Source of the DNA: Camelus dromedarius
Lineage: Eukaryota
NCBI RefSeq assembly: GCF_036321535.1
Contig: NC_087469.1
Coordinates: 13,454,001 to 13,518,000, forward strand
Reading direction: 5' to 3'
DNA: 64,000 bases
Position 1 is the first letter of the stretch. Each line of letters starts with the position of its first letter. Both the position numbers and the translations under genes were made by a program. Of the stretch, positions 1-11,184 are shown in pieces. The notes beneath the pieces are model-generated. The model worked only from the letters and a program-made list of their open reading frames with translations. It was not told the DNA's origin and did not search any database.

Positions 1-2
1 CC

Positions 3-500
3 AGCATTATGCTTGGTTCACACCTCCTGGCATCTTCTGGTGCCATGGCTCTCCCTGGATGCATGCTAAGATTGGCTTTCTGTGATGCAAGTACCATCAA
101 CCACTACTTCTGTGACATTTTCCCTCTGCTCCAGCTCTCCTGCACCAGCACCTATACCCCCGAGCTGGTAGCTTCCATTATAGCCAGAATCGATGTCACT
201 GTGCCCAGTATCACCATACTTGTCACTTATGGTTTCATCCTCTCCAACATCCTCCATATCAGCTCCAGGTCCAAAGCCTTCAGTACCTGCAGTTCCCATA
301 TAACTGCTGTTTCTCTCTTCTTTGGAGCAATTGCATTTATGTATCTCAAACCATCTTCTTCTGTGTCTATGGATGAAGGAAAAATCTCTTCTGTCTTTTA
401 CACCAATACGGTTCCCTTGCTGAACCCCCTAATTTACAGCTTGAGGAACAAAGACGTAAAACTTGCTCCGAGGAAAATCCTGAGTAGGAAAACGTTTTGA
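3..500 (+). CDS. Olfactory receptor family 8B-like, 3' half only (TM4 to C-terminus; 5' part outside the window); possibly degenerate
   Basis: Motifs [22 protein letters not shown], [14 protein letters not shown] and [16 protein letters not shown]. There is an in-frame 9-nt deletion before RSKAF (HISS-RSKAF versus the usual xSxEGRSKAF) and several non-consensus residues (ALPG, GAI, APRK). Confidence 0.88.
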   Translation, partial: SIMLGSHLLASSGAMALPGCMLRLAFCDASTINHYFCDIFPLLQLSCTSTYTPELVASIIARIDVTVPSITILVTYGFILSNILHISSRSKAFSTCSSHITAVSLFFGAIAFMYLKPSSSVSMDEGKISSVFYTNTVPLLNPLIYSLRNKDVKLAPRKILSRKTF

Positions 501-1440
501 TCAGAAAGCATCTGTGTAGTGCAGCTAGTTACAGGACAGGGAGATTCTGTGTGTTTAATTAAATATTTTACTGACAGCTTTTTAATGCTATTTTTTTCTG
601 AACATGATTAAGACAATTTGTGCCTTCTCTCAATAACCTATTCCAATTTTTATAGCTGAGACTTCTTTCTAACCACTTGCACAATATCTACTCCATCATT
701 TTTCCTGCTTAGTAATAAACACCAAATTACAAATACTTTGTCTCCTTTTTTACCATTGTCATTTAGAACTTTTAAAATTTTTATTAGAAAGAGGAAATGG
801 TCTCCAAACAATCAAATTTGAGACCCTTTATCTAATGAGAGATCAATGATTAAGAGATCAATGAGCTGAGTGAAAGAAAAATGAGCTAGGTAATACTAGA
901 GCGACACTGTTTTACTGGAGGTGCACTTATTGCTAATAGAAGCATGAATCAGGTACTCTGTTTCTACCCCCATCTTTGCATTCTGTGGGAAGAATATGTC
1001 TCCTTTAAATGCCAGACATTGAAGGTTCCTTTAAGACTACTGACTAGAATCCATTTTGCACCGTAAATATTTTGCATCAAGCTTATTTCAGCAGAGTTTT
1101 CCTTTTGACCTTTGTACAGTGAAACCAGGACATAACAGGCCATCAGAAAAGATTCATTCATAGATGGGAAAATGAAGCTCAGAATGGTTAATAACTTACT
1201 TAAAGTCACACAGCTTCATAAAGAAAAGGTTGAGACTGCACTCTTACCCTTCCAATTTCTACTCTACTATTCTCTATAGTCTACTTACATCTATTTCATT
1301 ACAGTATATTCTTTTCGGTAAGACTGTAGGATGAGAAAATATTTCAGTGTGAGGTTGACTGTTCTTTGCTGCAGAGTGATATATGAATTTCTCTCATGCT
1401 CTGTGTTACTTTTTGTTTGTGTGTTTAGGCAAAGAGTTTC

Positions 1441-2063
1441 ACAGTACATGTATAATTTAAAGAGAAGTACAGTAATCTGAGATTTACCCTGTTTTGGGTA
1501 TCAAATGTCCTATCAATGACTTATAGGAAAAATGTTTCCTCTGAGATTTGCTAGTTCATAAATTGTCCACACCATCAATAGCATAGCTCTTGGTAAAGGA
1601 AAGAATTTGGGAACACTAGGTCTTGAGGGGAAAGTCTTACAATTTCAACTGTCCTAAAGTAAGGCTTTCTTCTGTATCAGAACTACAACAGTGTGTGAAA
1701 ACTGAACTGTGTTAATTCTCCCTATGAATTATGGGATGTGAATTAAGGGACAGTTATGTGGTCTAAAACAGTCCCTGTCAGTGAGGGGAATTATCCTTTT
1801 GGAACTTGTCTCAGCTATATTCTAAGTAAACAGCTCCCTCTGATGGGGACTTTTCTCTTAGACAATATTTGAATTAATTTAAAAGAAAAAAGAAATTGCT
1901 CTAAGAAATATCCCAAGAAGGCTTTAGTATATTTTTTAAAATCAAGTAAAGATCCTTGATATATAAGTATTGTTTTTAAAACTGCAAAAATATAATAAAT
2001 TTTAATATGGTGGAAGAAAAGCTAGGTAATTACTTTGCATTTTCCCTTCACTTGCCTTTATCT
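1441..2063 (+). repeat. Low-copy duplicated block, copy 1 (paralog at 44412-45030, about 93% identical)
   Basis: Direct alignment by eye: about 37 substitutions plus 3-nt and 7-nt indels over about 620 nt. Confidence 0.92.
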
Positions 2064-2084
2064 CAACATGAGAATTTGAATTCT

Positions 2085-2612
2085 TTTTTCCCTCCAAATA
2101 TATTGAGGTATAACTGACATGTAACACTGGTAGCTTTAAGGTTTACAATGTGTTGATTTAATAAGTATCTACTGCCATGTGATTACCACTGCAGTGTTAC
2201 CTAACACCCCCATCAAGCTACATACTACCTTTTTTTGGGTAGTGAGAACTTTTAAAATCTACTCTCTTAGCAACTTTCAAGTATGTGATATAGAAGTACA
2301 ATGAAATATTATTGTCATGAGAAAGAATGAAATTTTGCCTTTTGCAATACCATCGATGGTCCTAGAGGACATGTTTTAAAGTGAAATAAAAGAAACAAAG
2401 AAAGACAAATATTGCATGATATAACATGTGTGTGAAATCTTAAACAACAACAACAACAACTAAAACTCATAGAAACAAAGAATAGAAAGGTGGTTGCCAA
2501 GGGAAGGTGGGTTGGAGAAGTGAGGAGATTTTGGTCAAAAAGTAGAAACTTCCAGTTAGAAAACAAGTAAGTTCTGAGGATCTAATGAACAGCACTGTGA
2601 CTACAGACAGTA
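2085..2612. mobile_element. L1 3' end with internal inversion (terminal part on minus at about 2085-2290, upstream part on plus at about 2291-2612)
   Basis: Both halves match the eutherian L1 3'UTR. The minus half continues where the plus half stops (…gactacag, then …tacttgaaagttgctaagagagtag). Confidence 0.7.
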
Positions 2613-2999
2613 TCTGAATTATTTCGAGGAGCGCCAAGAGTTGAAGGAAGCCGCTGTTTCAAAGAGTAGTTAGTTCAAGGAGAGGCACATTTTAAAGTCT
2701 CTTTCTTTTTCCTCCTCACCTTCAATCTTCTGGTTCTGAATGATAAAAATTAATGAAAATAGTAGCTTGAAAGCAACTAACACCACCCCACCTTTGTGTT
2801 TAACTGTTAACCAAGTGGAATAAAAAGCCATGAAAGCAAATACAGTAAAGTACTTATACAAATGACACGTGGAAGAAAACCAAAGAGCTCAAGTGTAGAG
2901 GTAAATTGCCTGCATTTAATTTCATGACAGTCGTAAATACATAACTCATATTTCAGTGAAGAAAATTCAGAAACAACCCCCATGTTTACGGCCACTTGG

Positions 3000-4700
3000 C
3001 ATTGATGCCAAGACTCTTCTGTGGTGAGACAGTAGTCTTTTCAACAAATGGTACTGGGACAACAGAATGTTCACATGGAAAGGAAAGAAACTGGACCCCT
3101 AACTTGCACAGTAAACAAAATTAACTGCAAATAAATTGTAGATCTAAATGTAAGAAGTAGTATAATAAAATTCATTGAAGAAAATATCTAAGAAAATCTT
3201 TGGAATCAAGGGTTGGGCAATGATTTCTTGGATATGACACCAACACAGTACTAGTGACAATAGAAAAAAATATTAGACAAAATGTAATTCAACAGAATTT
3301 GTACCACAAAACATGGTGTATCCACAGAGTGAAGTATTACTTGGCAACAAATGCAAAAGAAAAACAACGAAATGCCTTTAAATTTATAACATGGAGGAAC
3401 CTTGAAAACATTATGCCAAACAAGAAAAGCCAGTCACACACAAAAACCACGTAGTATATTCTTCCATTTATATGAAATACCCAGAGCATTCAAATCCATA
3501 GGGACAGAAATTAGATTGGTGGCTGCCTGGGGTTAGGGTGAGGAATAGGAAACTGATAGCTTAAAGGGTAGGGGATTTCCTTTAGGAATGGTGAAAAGGT
3601 CCTAAAATATACTGTGGCAATGTTTGTACAGCTCAGTGAGTAAAGTGAAAACTATTTAATTCTACAATTATATGGTATGTGAATAATATCAATAAATCTG
3701 TTACCAGAAAAATACTATTAAGTTCTAAAAAAAAATGAAATGAAAAGAAATATCAGAAAGCATTCTGAAATTAATGAAAATGAAAACAAAACTTACCAAA
3801 ATACTTGCAATATCATTTAACAAAATGTTTGCACAGCAATTTAGGCACCTCAGTATCTATACTGGCAAAGAAGAGATAGTTCAAGTCAAAGACAAAGTCA
3901 AAGTCAAATATCTTATCTCATGAAAACACACAAAATAAAAATAAACCCAAAATATGCAGGAAAAAAATAAATGATAAATGTAATGGCAGAAAGCAGTAAA
4001 ACAGGGGGAAAAGCAATTTATAAAATCAATGCACCTAAAAACTGTTTTTGAGATTAATAAGGGTGATAATCCTGTGGCCAGACGGATTAAGCAAAGAAAG
4101 AGAAAGGCAAACATCATAATACAGAAATATTAGAGGTTGTTGCTACAGATTCTATGGACCTAAAAGGAAAGTAAGGGAATGTTATGAATAAATCGGTACT
4201 AAAACTTTCGACAACCAATTAAGTGAATACATTTATTGAAAGATGCAAGCTTCTAAAGCTCACTTAAATAATTTCAATATAAATTTTATAATTATTTGTT
4301 TTAATTCCATGAAAAAACACCATTGGAATTTTAATAGGGATGGAAAAACACCCCCAAATAGCCAAAGAATTCTGGAGAAAGAAGAACAAAACTAGNNNNN
4401 NNNNNNNNNNNNNNNNNNNNNNNNNNNNNNNNNNNNNNNNNNNNNNNNNNNNNNNNNNNNNNNNNNNNNNNNNNNNNNNNNNNNNNNNNNNNNNNNNNNN
4501 NNNNNNNNNNNNNNNNNNNNNNNNNNNNNNNNNNNNNNTGACAAAGAAACAAAGAACACACAATGGGTAGAAGGACAGTATCTACACTAAATGAGTTTGG
4601 GAAAATTGAACAGCGACATGTAAAAGAATAAAATTAGACCAGTATCTTACACCAGACACAAAAACTAACTCAAATGGATTAAAGAATTATCTATACAACA
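3000..4700 (+). mobile_element. Old L1 (L1M-type) ORF2 and 3' fragments, rearranged; includes masked N run 4396-4538
   Basis: Contains ttttcaacaaatggtactggg…, catggaggaaccttgaaaacattatgccaa… and ORF2-like KHPQIAKEFWRKKNK. Boundaries approximate. Confidence 0.8.
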
Positions 4701-6937
4701 CTTAAATGCACTAACAAAAATATTATCTTTCCTCTATTAAAATTTTGCCACGCTTAACTTTTACAATATGTATGTATATCTGTTTTTCTGTTTAACCTTT
4801 TTCAAAATAATCTGAAAGAATAAAACCTAATTAAAAAAATAGTTTTTTCAGAAATTTAAACAGATTTCATTTGTATTTTGAGTCTCATCAAATAAAGGAA
4901 TAATTACAAGTTTTAATCCACTCTTTGGGTCAGTTCAAATAGTAATAAAATATATAATGGACTGAACACACTCTGCAATGTCTAAAAAGATTCCCAAATA
5001 ACACAGGTATTATTTATCTATTAAGATACACTTTTCTTTCAACATAAAAAACAATTTTATCAAAACAACAGACTATTATCAAAAGAAAAGCAAATGAAAA
5101 ATTCAGCCAAGACCAACTGTTTCATACAAATAGAACTATGTTAAGGGAAAATCAGATATATTAATATTGGATCAGGGGCTGGAGTATCAGTAGTCATTTA
5201 AAACCATAAGTCAGGGATTTAGCAACACTGAACATCTAAAAACAAACAAGTAAGCCAGCAACCCAGCTATGCTAAATTTCAAAACGCCTACATACCGAGT
5301 GGGGATTAGAGAGCAGTAAAGTAGTAAATGCTATTGTAGTTACCTTCGAACACGTTCAAATTGTCTCTTGACACATTGTATTAAGGGTTTTGAGTGGTCA
5401 TAATTTTGCCTGTTTTCTCTAAAGAAAAATAACTCAACATTACTTTTAAAAAGATGTTGTAAAAATTAGTTTATTCATCAATTATTTATTTCAAATTGTC
5501 ATTGCTCTCCCAGCTACGATTTGGGGATTTTGTACTTTAAAATCCAAATAAGAATAAAGCCAACAAACCAAGAGTAATTTTGTTGTTTCCATGTCCACCA
5601 GTCCTATGGGTTTAACTTTTTAAATATCAAATAACTTAAGATTTCATCACATCCAAAGATATCCTGTGATACCCATAATATTTTTAGAGCCTTCCAAATA
5701 GGAGAAGAAGGTCATCAAAAGGGCTTTCTTTTCTCATCAGTCTATTTTCTAACTTGAGTTTTGATTACCAATCACTAGTTCTTCTCCTAAAGATGCTGTC
5801 TTCTGTCTACCTGGTTCCGCAACAATGTGGCCATAGCCACTGGGCTTCGTCCCCAAAACCACTGCTAATGTGTGTTCATCGTGTATTATAAGCTTTAATC
5901 AAAGCTATGGAAAGTGGAGGATAATTACAGAGCTCTACAGACTAGGATACAAATTCAAAATGAACTGTGGTTTCTAAACCTTACTGCCATTTCCTAATGA
6001 GGAGCCTCTCATTTATTGGCCTTTTGGGTGTGCTTTTGGGTGACAGACTAAGGACATGTTCCTGGGAATTTTTCCCTCCCATGCCCTGTTCTCTGGATTA
6101 CAGAGAAAACATTTCACTTTATTTTTTGTATGAAGTCAGCTTTTAAAACAGAGATGTTTTCTCATATTTCATGTTCACTAAAATAAAAATAAAATAGAAA
6201 GTATACTACAAAGAGTGGTAGACTGAAAGTCAGGTGGCTAATACCTATTCTAGACTTTTTCATGAAGAAGTTGTGTGACTTTAAGTAAATCATTAACTTC
6301 TCTGAGTTTCGGTATTCTCTTCATGTAATAAATATATATTGACAATCTAATGTGCCACTTTGAATGCAGAAGGCAAATATAAAATCTATGAAGTAAACAA
6401 GAAAGAAGCTTAATGTATGGTGATTACAGCTGCAAAGTGGGGTATATTTGATAGTCCTTATGAAATTGGCTATAATTGTGAAACACTGGCATTTAAATGG
6501 GTCATATTCCTGATCACTGTTGGGGGAAGAGAGAAGGACAGACTACCTGATTCATGCTTCTAATAGCACATTACAAGTGGCAGTTTAGAAACTGCCCCCC
6601 AAATGCAAAAAGTCACATTAGTGTTACTATATTGATCATCAGTGGGACAATTCACCTTCTTCTACAAGGAAAAAAGAAAGACCATAATGACAATAGAAAA
6701 AAGACAAAGATAATTTTTTTTCCTAATGTTATTCTTAAATAGAAAAAACAAACTAAAGGAGATAAAATGGAAATGAAAGGAGGAAGACCTACTCTAAAAA
6801 ACTGGAAACAGATTGAGAGAAGATTAAATTTCTTTCCCCATGGTGAGACAGAAATAAGAAGACTGCCACTAAAAATATTTAATTAAAAAATGGAATCTCT
6901 TGCCCTGTGACTACCTGCACAAAGACACTGATTCTAA

Positions 6938-7870
6938 TCAAAATTTTCTCCTCTCCAGGGTTTTTCTCAGAGCAATTTTAACATCTTTGTTCCGCAAACT
7001 GTAGATGAAGGGGTTAATCATGGGAACCACATTCGTGTAGAAGACAGAAGAGATTTTCCCCTCATCCACAGACCTAGCAGAAGATGGTTTAAGATACATA
7101 AATGCACCCGATCCAAAGAACAGAAAAACAGCAACTACGTGAGAGCTGCAGGTACTGAAGGCTTTGGACCTGCCCTCCCTGGAACTGATGCGGAGGATGC
7201 TGGACAGGATGAGACCATACGAGACAGAGATGGTGAGACTGGGAAAAATTATGTTGATGCCTCCCACAATGAAAACCACCAGCTCACTGACATAGGTGCC
7301 TGTGCAGGAGAGCTGGAGTAGAGGGAGGATGTCACAAAAATAATGGTTGATGGTATTTGCATCACAGAAGGTCAGTCTCAGCAGACATCCAGTGAGCGTC
7401 ATGGTATCAAAAAATGCCATCAAGTATGAACCAAGCACAAGCCTAGAACACACTGCAGGGGACATGGCAATGTTATACAACAGTGGGCGACAGATGGCCA
7501 CATAGCGATCGTAGGCCATTGATGTCAGGACATAGCATTCAGAAACGACAAAAAAACAGAAAAAGTAGAACTGAGTCATGCACCCCATGTAAGAGATAAC
7601 ATTCTTCTTTGATAAGAAATCCGTCAGCATTTTTGGAGTAAATACTGAAGAATAACAGAAGTCTACAAAGGACAAGTTGAAGAGGAAAAAGTACATGGGG
7701 GTGTGTAGGTGTGAACTAAGCCCAATGAGAGTCATTAAGCCCAAATTTCCCAACACGCTGACCATATACATTACTAGGAACAGGAAGAACAAGGGGAGCT
7801 GGAGATCTGGTTGGTCTGTTAAACCCAACAGAATGAATTCAGTCACAAAAGAACCATTTCCAGGAGCCAT
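6938..7870 (-). CDS. Olfactory receptor, family 8 subfamily B-like, intact 310 aa
   Basis: N-glycosylation site NGS; motifs [28 protein letters not shown] and [16 protein letters not shown]; pyrimidine-rich splice acceptor (ttttttctccatgtccacag) ending at 7887. Confidence 0.97.
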   Translation of the reverse strand: MAPGNGSFVTEFILLGLTDQPDLQLPLFFLFLVMYMVSVLGNLGLMTLIGLSSHLHTPMYFFLFNLSFVDFCYSSVFTPKMLTDFLSKKNVISYMGCMTQFYFFCFFVVSECYVLTSMAYDRYVAICRPLLYNIAMSPAVCSRLVLGSYLMAFFDTMTLTGCLLRLTFCDANTINHYFCDILPLLQLSCTGTYVSELVVFIVGGINIIFPSLTISVSYGLILSSILRISSREGRSKAFSTCSSHVVAVFLFFGSGAFMYLKPSSARSVDEGKISSVFYTNVVPMINPFIYSLRNKDVKIALRKTLERRKF

Positions 7871-8699
7871 TCTTCACTAAGGGATTCTGTGGACATGGAG
7901 AAAAAAAGGTACATTAGAAATCAGCTCAGTTCTTCCCCAAATACCTCATCCTATGAGAGAGTATATACTCTAGGAATGTCTGACATTAGCCCAACCTGGA
8001 CTTATAAAATCTGCCTTTACCATTATCATCATGATATTGAGTAACATGGAATTTCTTTTACCAGAATATTAATAAGCTAAATACAGCAAACAAGACCGTC
8101 TGCAAACATGACTGCTGGGAAAAGGGAAGGGAAGAGAGAAGAATAGACCAGGACAGAAAGTCCTTCTCCCACCTCACCATTTCCTCATTCATTTAAGCCC
8201 TTCCCTCACCAGTAAAATTGGAGGCAGAGACTCTAGTTACCCGGTGCTGGCCTCTAATGCACATTAGACCTGGTGGGATGGCAACCAAGAAGACTGTTTC
8301 CAAATAAAAACTACAGGACCAAAGGCTAGGAGAGGTTAAGTTACTATCTCATGTAGAAGAGTGAGAGTCTGTCCATGGAGAGGGAATGTACTGACTGAGA
8401 TACTGCACTTGCTGAGTCTCCTAACCTCTGAACACTTCCTGATCCCCTTAAATACATTATCCTGGAAGTTTCACTTGAATCTCAGGACTGCAGAAAATGG
8501 GAAAGAAAGTGGCAGATCTTATATCCCTGGACTTCCATCTCAAAATGAGAAGGACATTAACATAAACAGAATTCAGAAACTCACCCTCCTTAGGCCAGAA
8601 ACCTTAGTGACTTTGGTGTCCTTGGTATTTACCCCTATGGTCCTGGAAAGGCAATTTCAGGTTCTGAGATTTTATTTCATTTGATTCTAAAAGGATGTA

Positions 8700-9040
8700 G
8701 CTCAGACTTAATTTCAGACATGCCCTGGGAATTTTTCTGAACTACAAATCAATTCTTATTATGACTTTGAGTCTTCTCAAGCAGCAGGGAAAGACAAACA
8801 GCACTGTTACCAGGTTTGTCGCTTAATAACACACAGAAGATTAAATGTGAGTTTAATGATATTGTCCACTTGATTATAAACAGGGTAGGAGCTTTCTCAG
8901 TCTCCCCTACCCCATCTGGAAACAGATTCTATGTGTAAAAGAGAAATAAGGAGATTGCATTTACACTGTGAACCATATTCCCTATTTAGTTCCTTAGGGA
9001 CTCAATATTTTCATCCAGTTTACAGGTCACTCTAGGGACA
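8700..9040 (-). promoter_or_regulatory. Candidate OR promoter with O/E (Ebf)-like and homeodomain sites
   Basis: TGCCCTGGGA at 8721-8730, TCCTTAGGGA at 8991-9000 and TAATGA at 8854-8859, all upstream of a consensus donor (GAGG|GTGAGT at 8584, minus strand). Motif match only. Confidence 0.35.
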
Positions 9041-9409
9041 GTACATCCCCCAAGGCAGAGGCAAAATTAAACTCCCATTTTCCTAACATTTTCACCTCCT
9101 AAAGAAAATCTATTGTATAGGTTCTTTTTCTGTGTCTTCCCATACCATAAATGAAAATTTTTTAGAGTTGCCTGCAGATTTCTTCATATCTTTACCTGAA
9201 AATTTGCAAAAACTCTAGTAACTCATTTCAGTTATTGCATCTCCTAGGTTATTTAAAAAAAAAAAAGTCTATACCTTTCTCCCTTCTAAAGTTTTTACAT
9301 TTAAACACCTACTGGAAATTTCTACCTCAAGATCCAGCTGGGTCCTTAAATGTTATTATTTCATTAACTGAGGTTATCAGTTCCTTCTCCTTATAGACGA
9401 GTAGGGGCC

Positions 9410-9820
9410 ACAGAGTTAGAGGGGATGGGTTTGAATCCTACCCCATGCATTCTCACTTGGACACAGTACTTAAACTCTCTATGGCTCAAGTTCATAATTT
9501 CTAAAATACTGATAATAATAGCATCTCTTTCGTTGGGTTGTTTTGATGATTCAATGAAAAAGTTACCTAAAGTGTTTAGAACAGTACCTGGCATGTAGTA
9601 AACAGTCAGTGTCAGCGGTCATCACATCTGTTCTCAACACTTTCAGGAGGTCCTCAAATAGAACGCTCATCAGAGATTTCTCCTTTAATTTCTGTGTTCC
9701 CCTATAAACTACAAGTTCTGTAAGGGCAAATGTCTCTTCAGTCTTGTTTATGACGTTTCTCATGGTGTTATGGATAGTGCAGAGTACACAGCAGGTGCTC
9801 CATAAACAATGATGTAAATG
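9410..9820 (+). mobile_element. MIR followed by an L2 3' end
   Basis: MIR core (gggtttgaatcc…aaactctct…tagaacagtacctggcatgtagtaa) and L2 tail (…aagggcaaatgtctcttcagtcttgttt…gcaggtgctccataaac). Confidence 0.7.
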
Positions 9821-10574
9821 ACATTCTCTGGATGAAAACCTTTGGAATGTTTTTCACATTTCTCACATGCTTAGTGCTAGAGTCTATAGCCACACTGACG
9901 TCCATCATTTTCCTTCAGCCACTACACAAGCTCAGGTACTCTAGGTTTTAACTGAACTGTAGTGGCTCCAACTATTATTCCAGCTTTGTCAAACATAATC
10001 CCTGTTATGTAGCCATATACACTGCTGCTAGAATGAGCCAGTGTAAGAACTTTCAGTGATTCTCAATTATCCATGGCATAATTGAAACACTGTAATAAGA
10101 GTCTAAGTATCAGAGCCAGATTAAGTTGTAGATAAAATTAAAGAAGAAATAAAATGAGAGTTCAACTTCATAAAAATTGTGAAAGTTCTATTCTCATTAT
10201 TTTAAGTGTTTTGAGCACATTAAGTAGCACACAAATTCTTACTCTACTCAACAAATATAGAAAAGAGAATTGGGAAGAATGTCTATATTTCAGAGACCAC
10301 AAAAAGGTAATGAACAAAAAGTACTAGCCAAGTAAACTGAAGAATATATTTAAAACTTAAGTTCAAATAAGCACATAATCTCTATCAAAATAAACTACAG
10401 GTTTTCTCTTCAATATTTACTGAAAAGCTGCCAGAATATCCTCTCCAACATTCATCTGTTAGAATAACATATTTTTATTTAATATCTCAGGAATGTAACT
10501 TTTAACCCTTGTTATCAGTTAGAAAGTTTCCTGCTTCAATTTACAAAATGCTCAGTTAAAAACTCATTTAAAAT

Positions 10575-10940
10575 AGGCACTTATTTTTCTCACATAATAA
10601 ATCTGAAAGTACAGCGTCCTAGGGTTGGATCAGCAACTAAACACTCTGAAGGACAAAAACAAAGACAACCATCTCCAAAGAATAAAGCAACAGAACAAGG
10701 CAAAACATTGCCCCTCACATCTCTCTCTCTTTATATCATGAAGTGAATCTTCCCCAAAAGCCAGTAGATGACTTCCCTTCATGCCTCTTCAGTCAGGACT
10801 ATGCACATGGCCAACCAAGTTTCAAGGAGTACTGAGAAGATGACAATCTCCCATTTACAGCCACTATCATGAAATGAAGTTTCAGCATTAAGAAGGAGAG
10901 AAATGTCAGCTGAGTAGGATACCTACACAGTCTGCCACAA
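10575..10940. mobile_element. Old MaLR LTR (MLT1J/K-like) fragment
   Basis: cttatttttctcacataataaatctgaaagt… and cccaaaagcc…gacttcccttcatgcctc…cacatggcca resemble MLT1 consensus as recalled. Confidence 0.5.
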
Positions 10941-11184
10941 CGAAAAAGCTTGTGAAAGATGTTTGTTGTAGGAAATCATACTTGTTCAATTTATCTGTAG
11001 AATGTATCTGTTATTTTTAAGTAAATTTACTCTTCTAAGCTTTAAATCAACTCAATACCTTAGTATATTTAAATTATTATATAAATATATGTATATGAAA
11101 AAATGCATATACATAATTAAATATACACTGTGGAGAGAAAAGGACATCATGTTATACTTAATAGAAAGGGCTCCCTTTCTAGTC

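Noticed and set aside
4264-4570. ORFs containing X runs (also at 22340-22693, 31817-32311, 33016-33363, 55915-56154, 61115-61462)
   Set aside because: They are open only because masked N bases hide stops; all lie in L1.
7139-7880. Antisense ORFs over OR genes (also 66-299, 19824-20063, 37335-37652, 48316-48996)
   Set aside because: These are shadow ORFs in register with OR codons and recur in every paralog for that reason.
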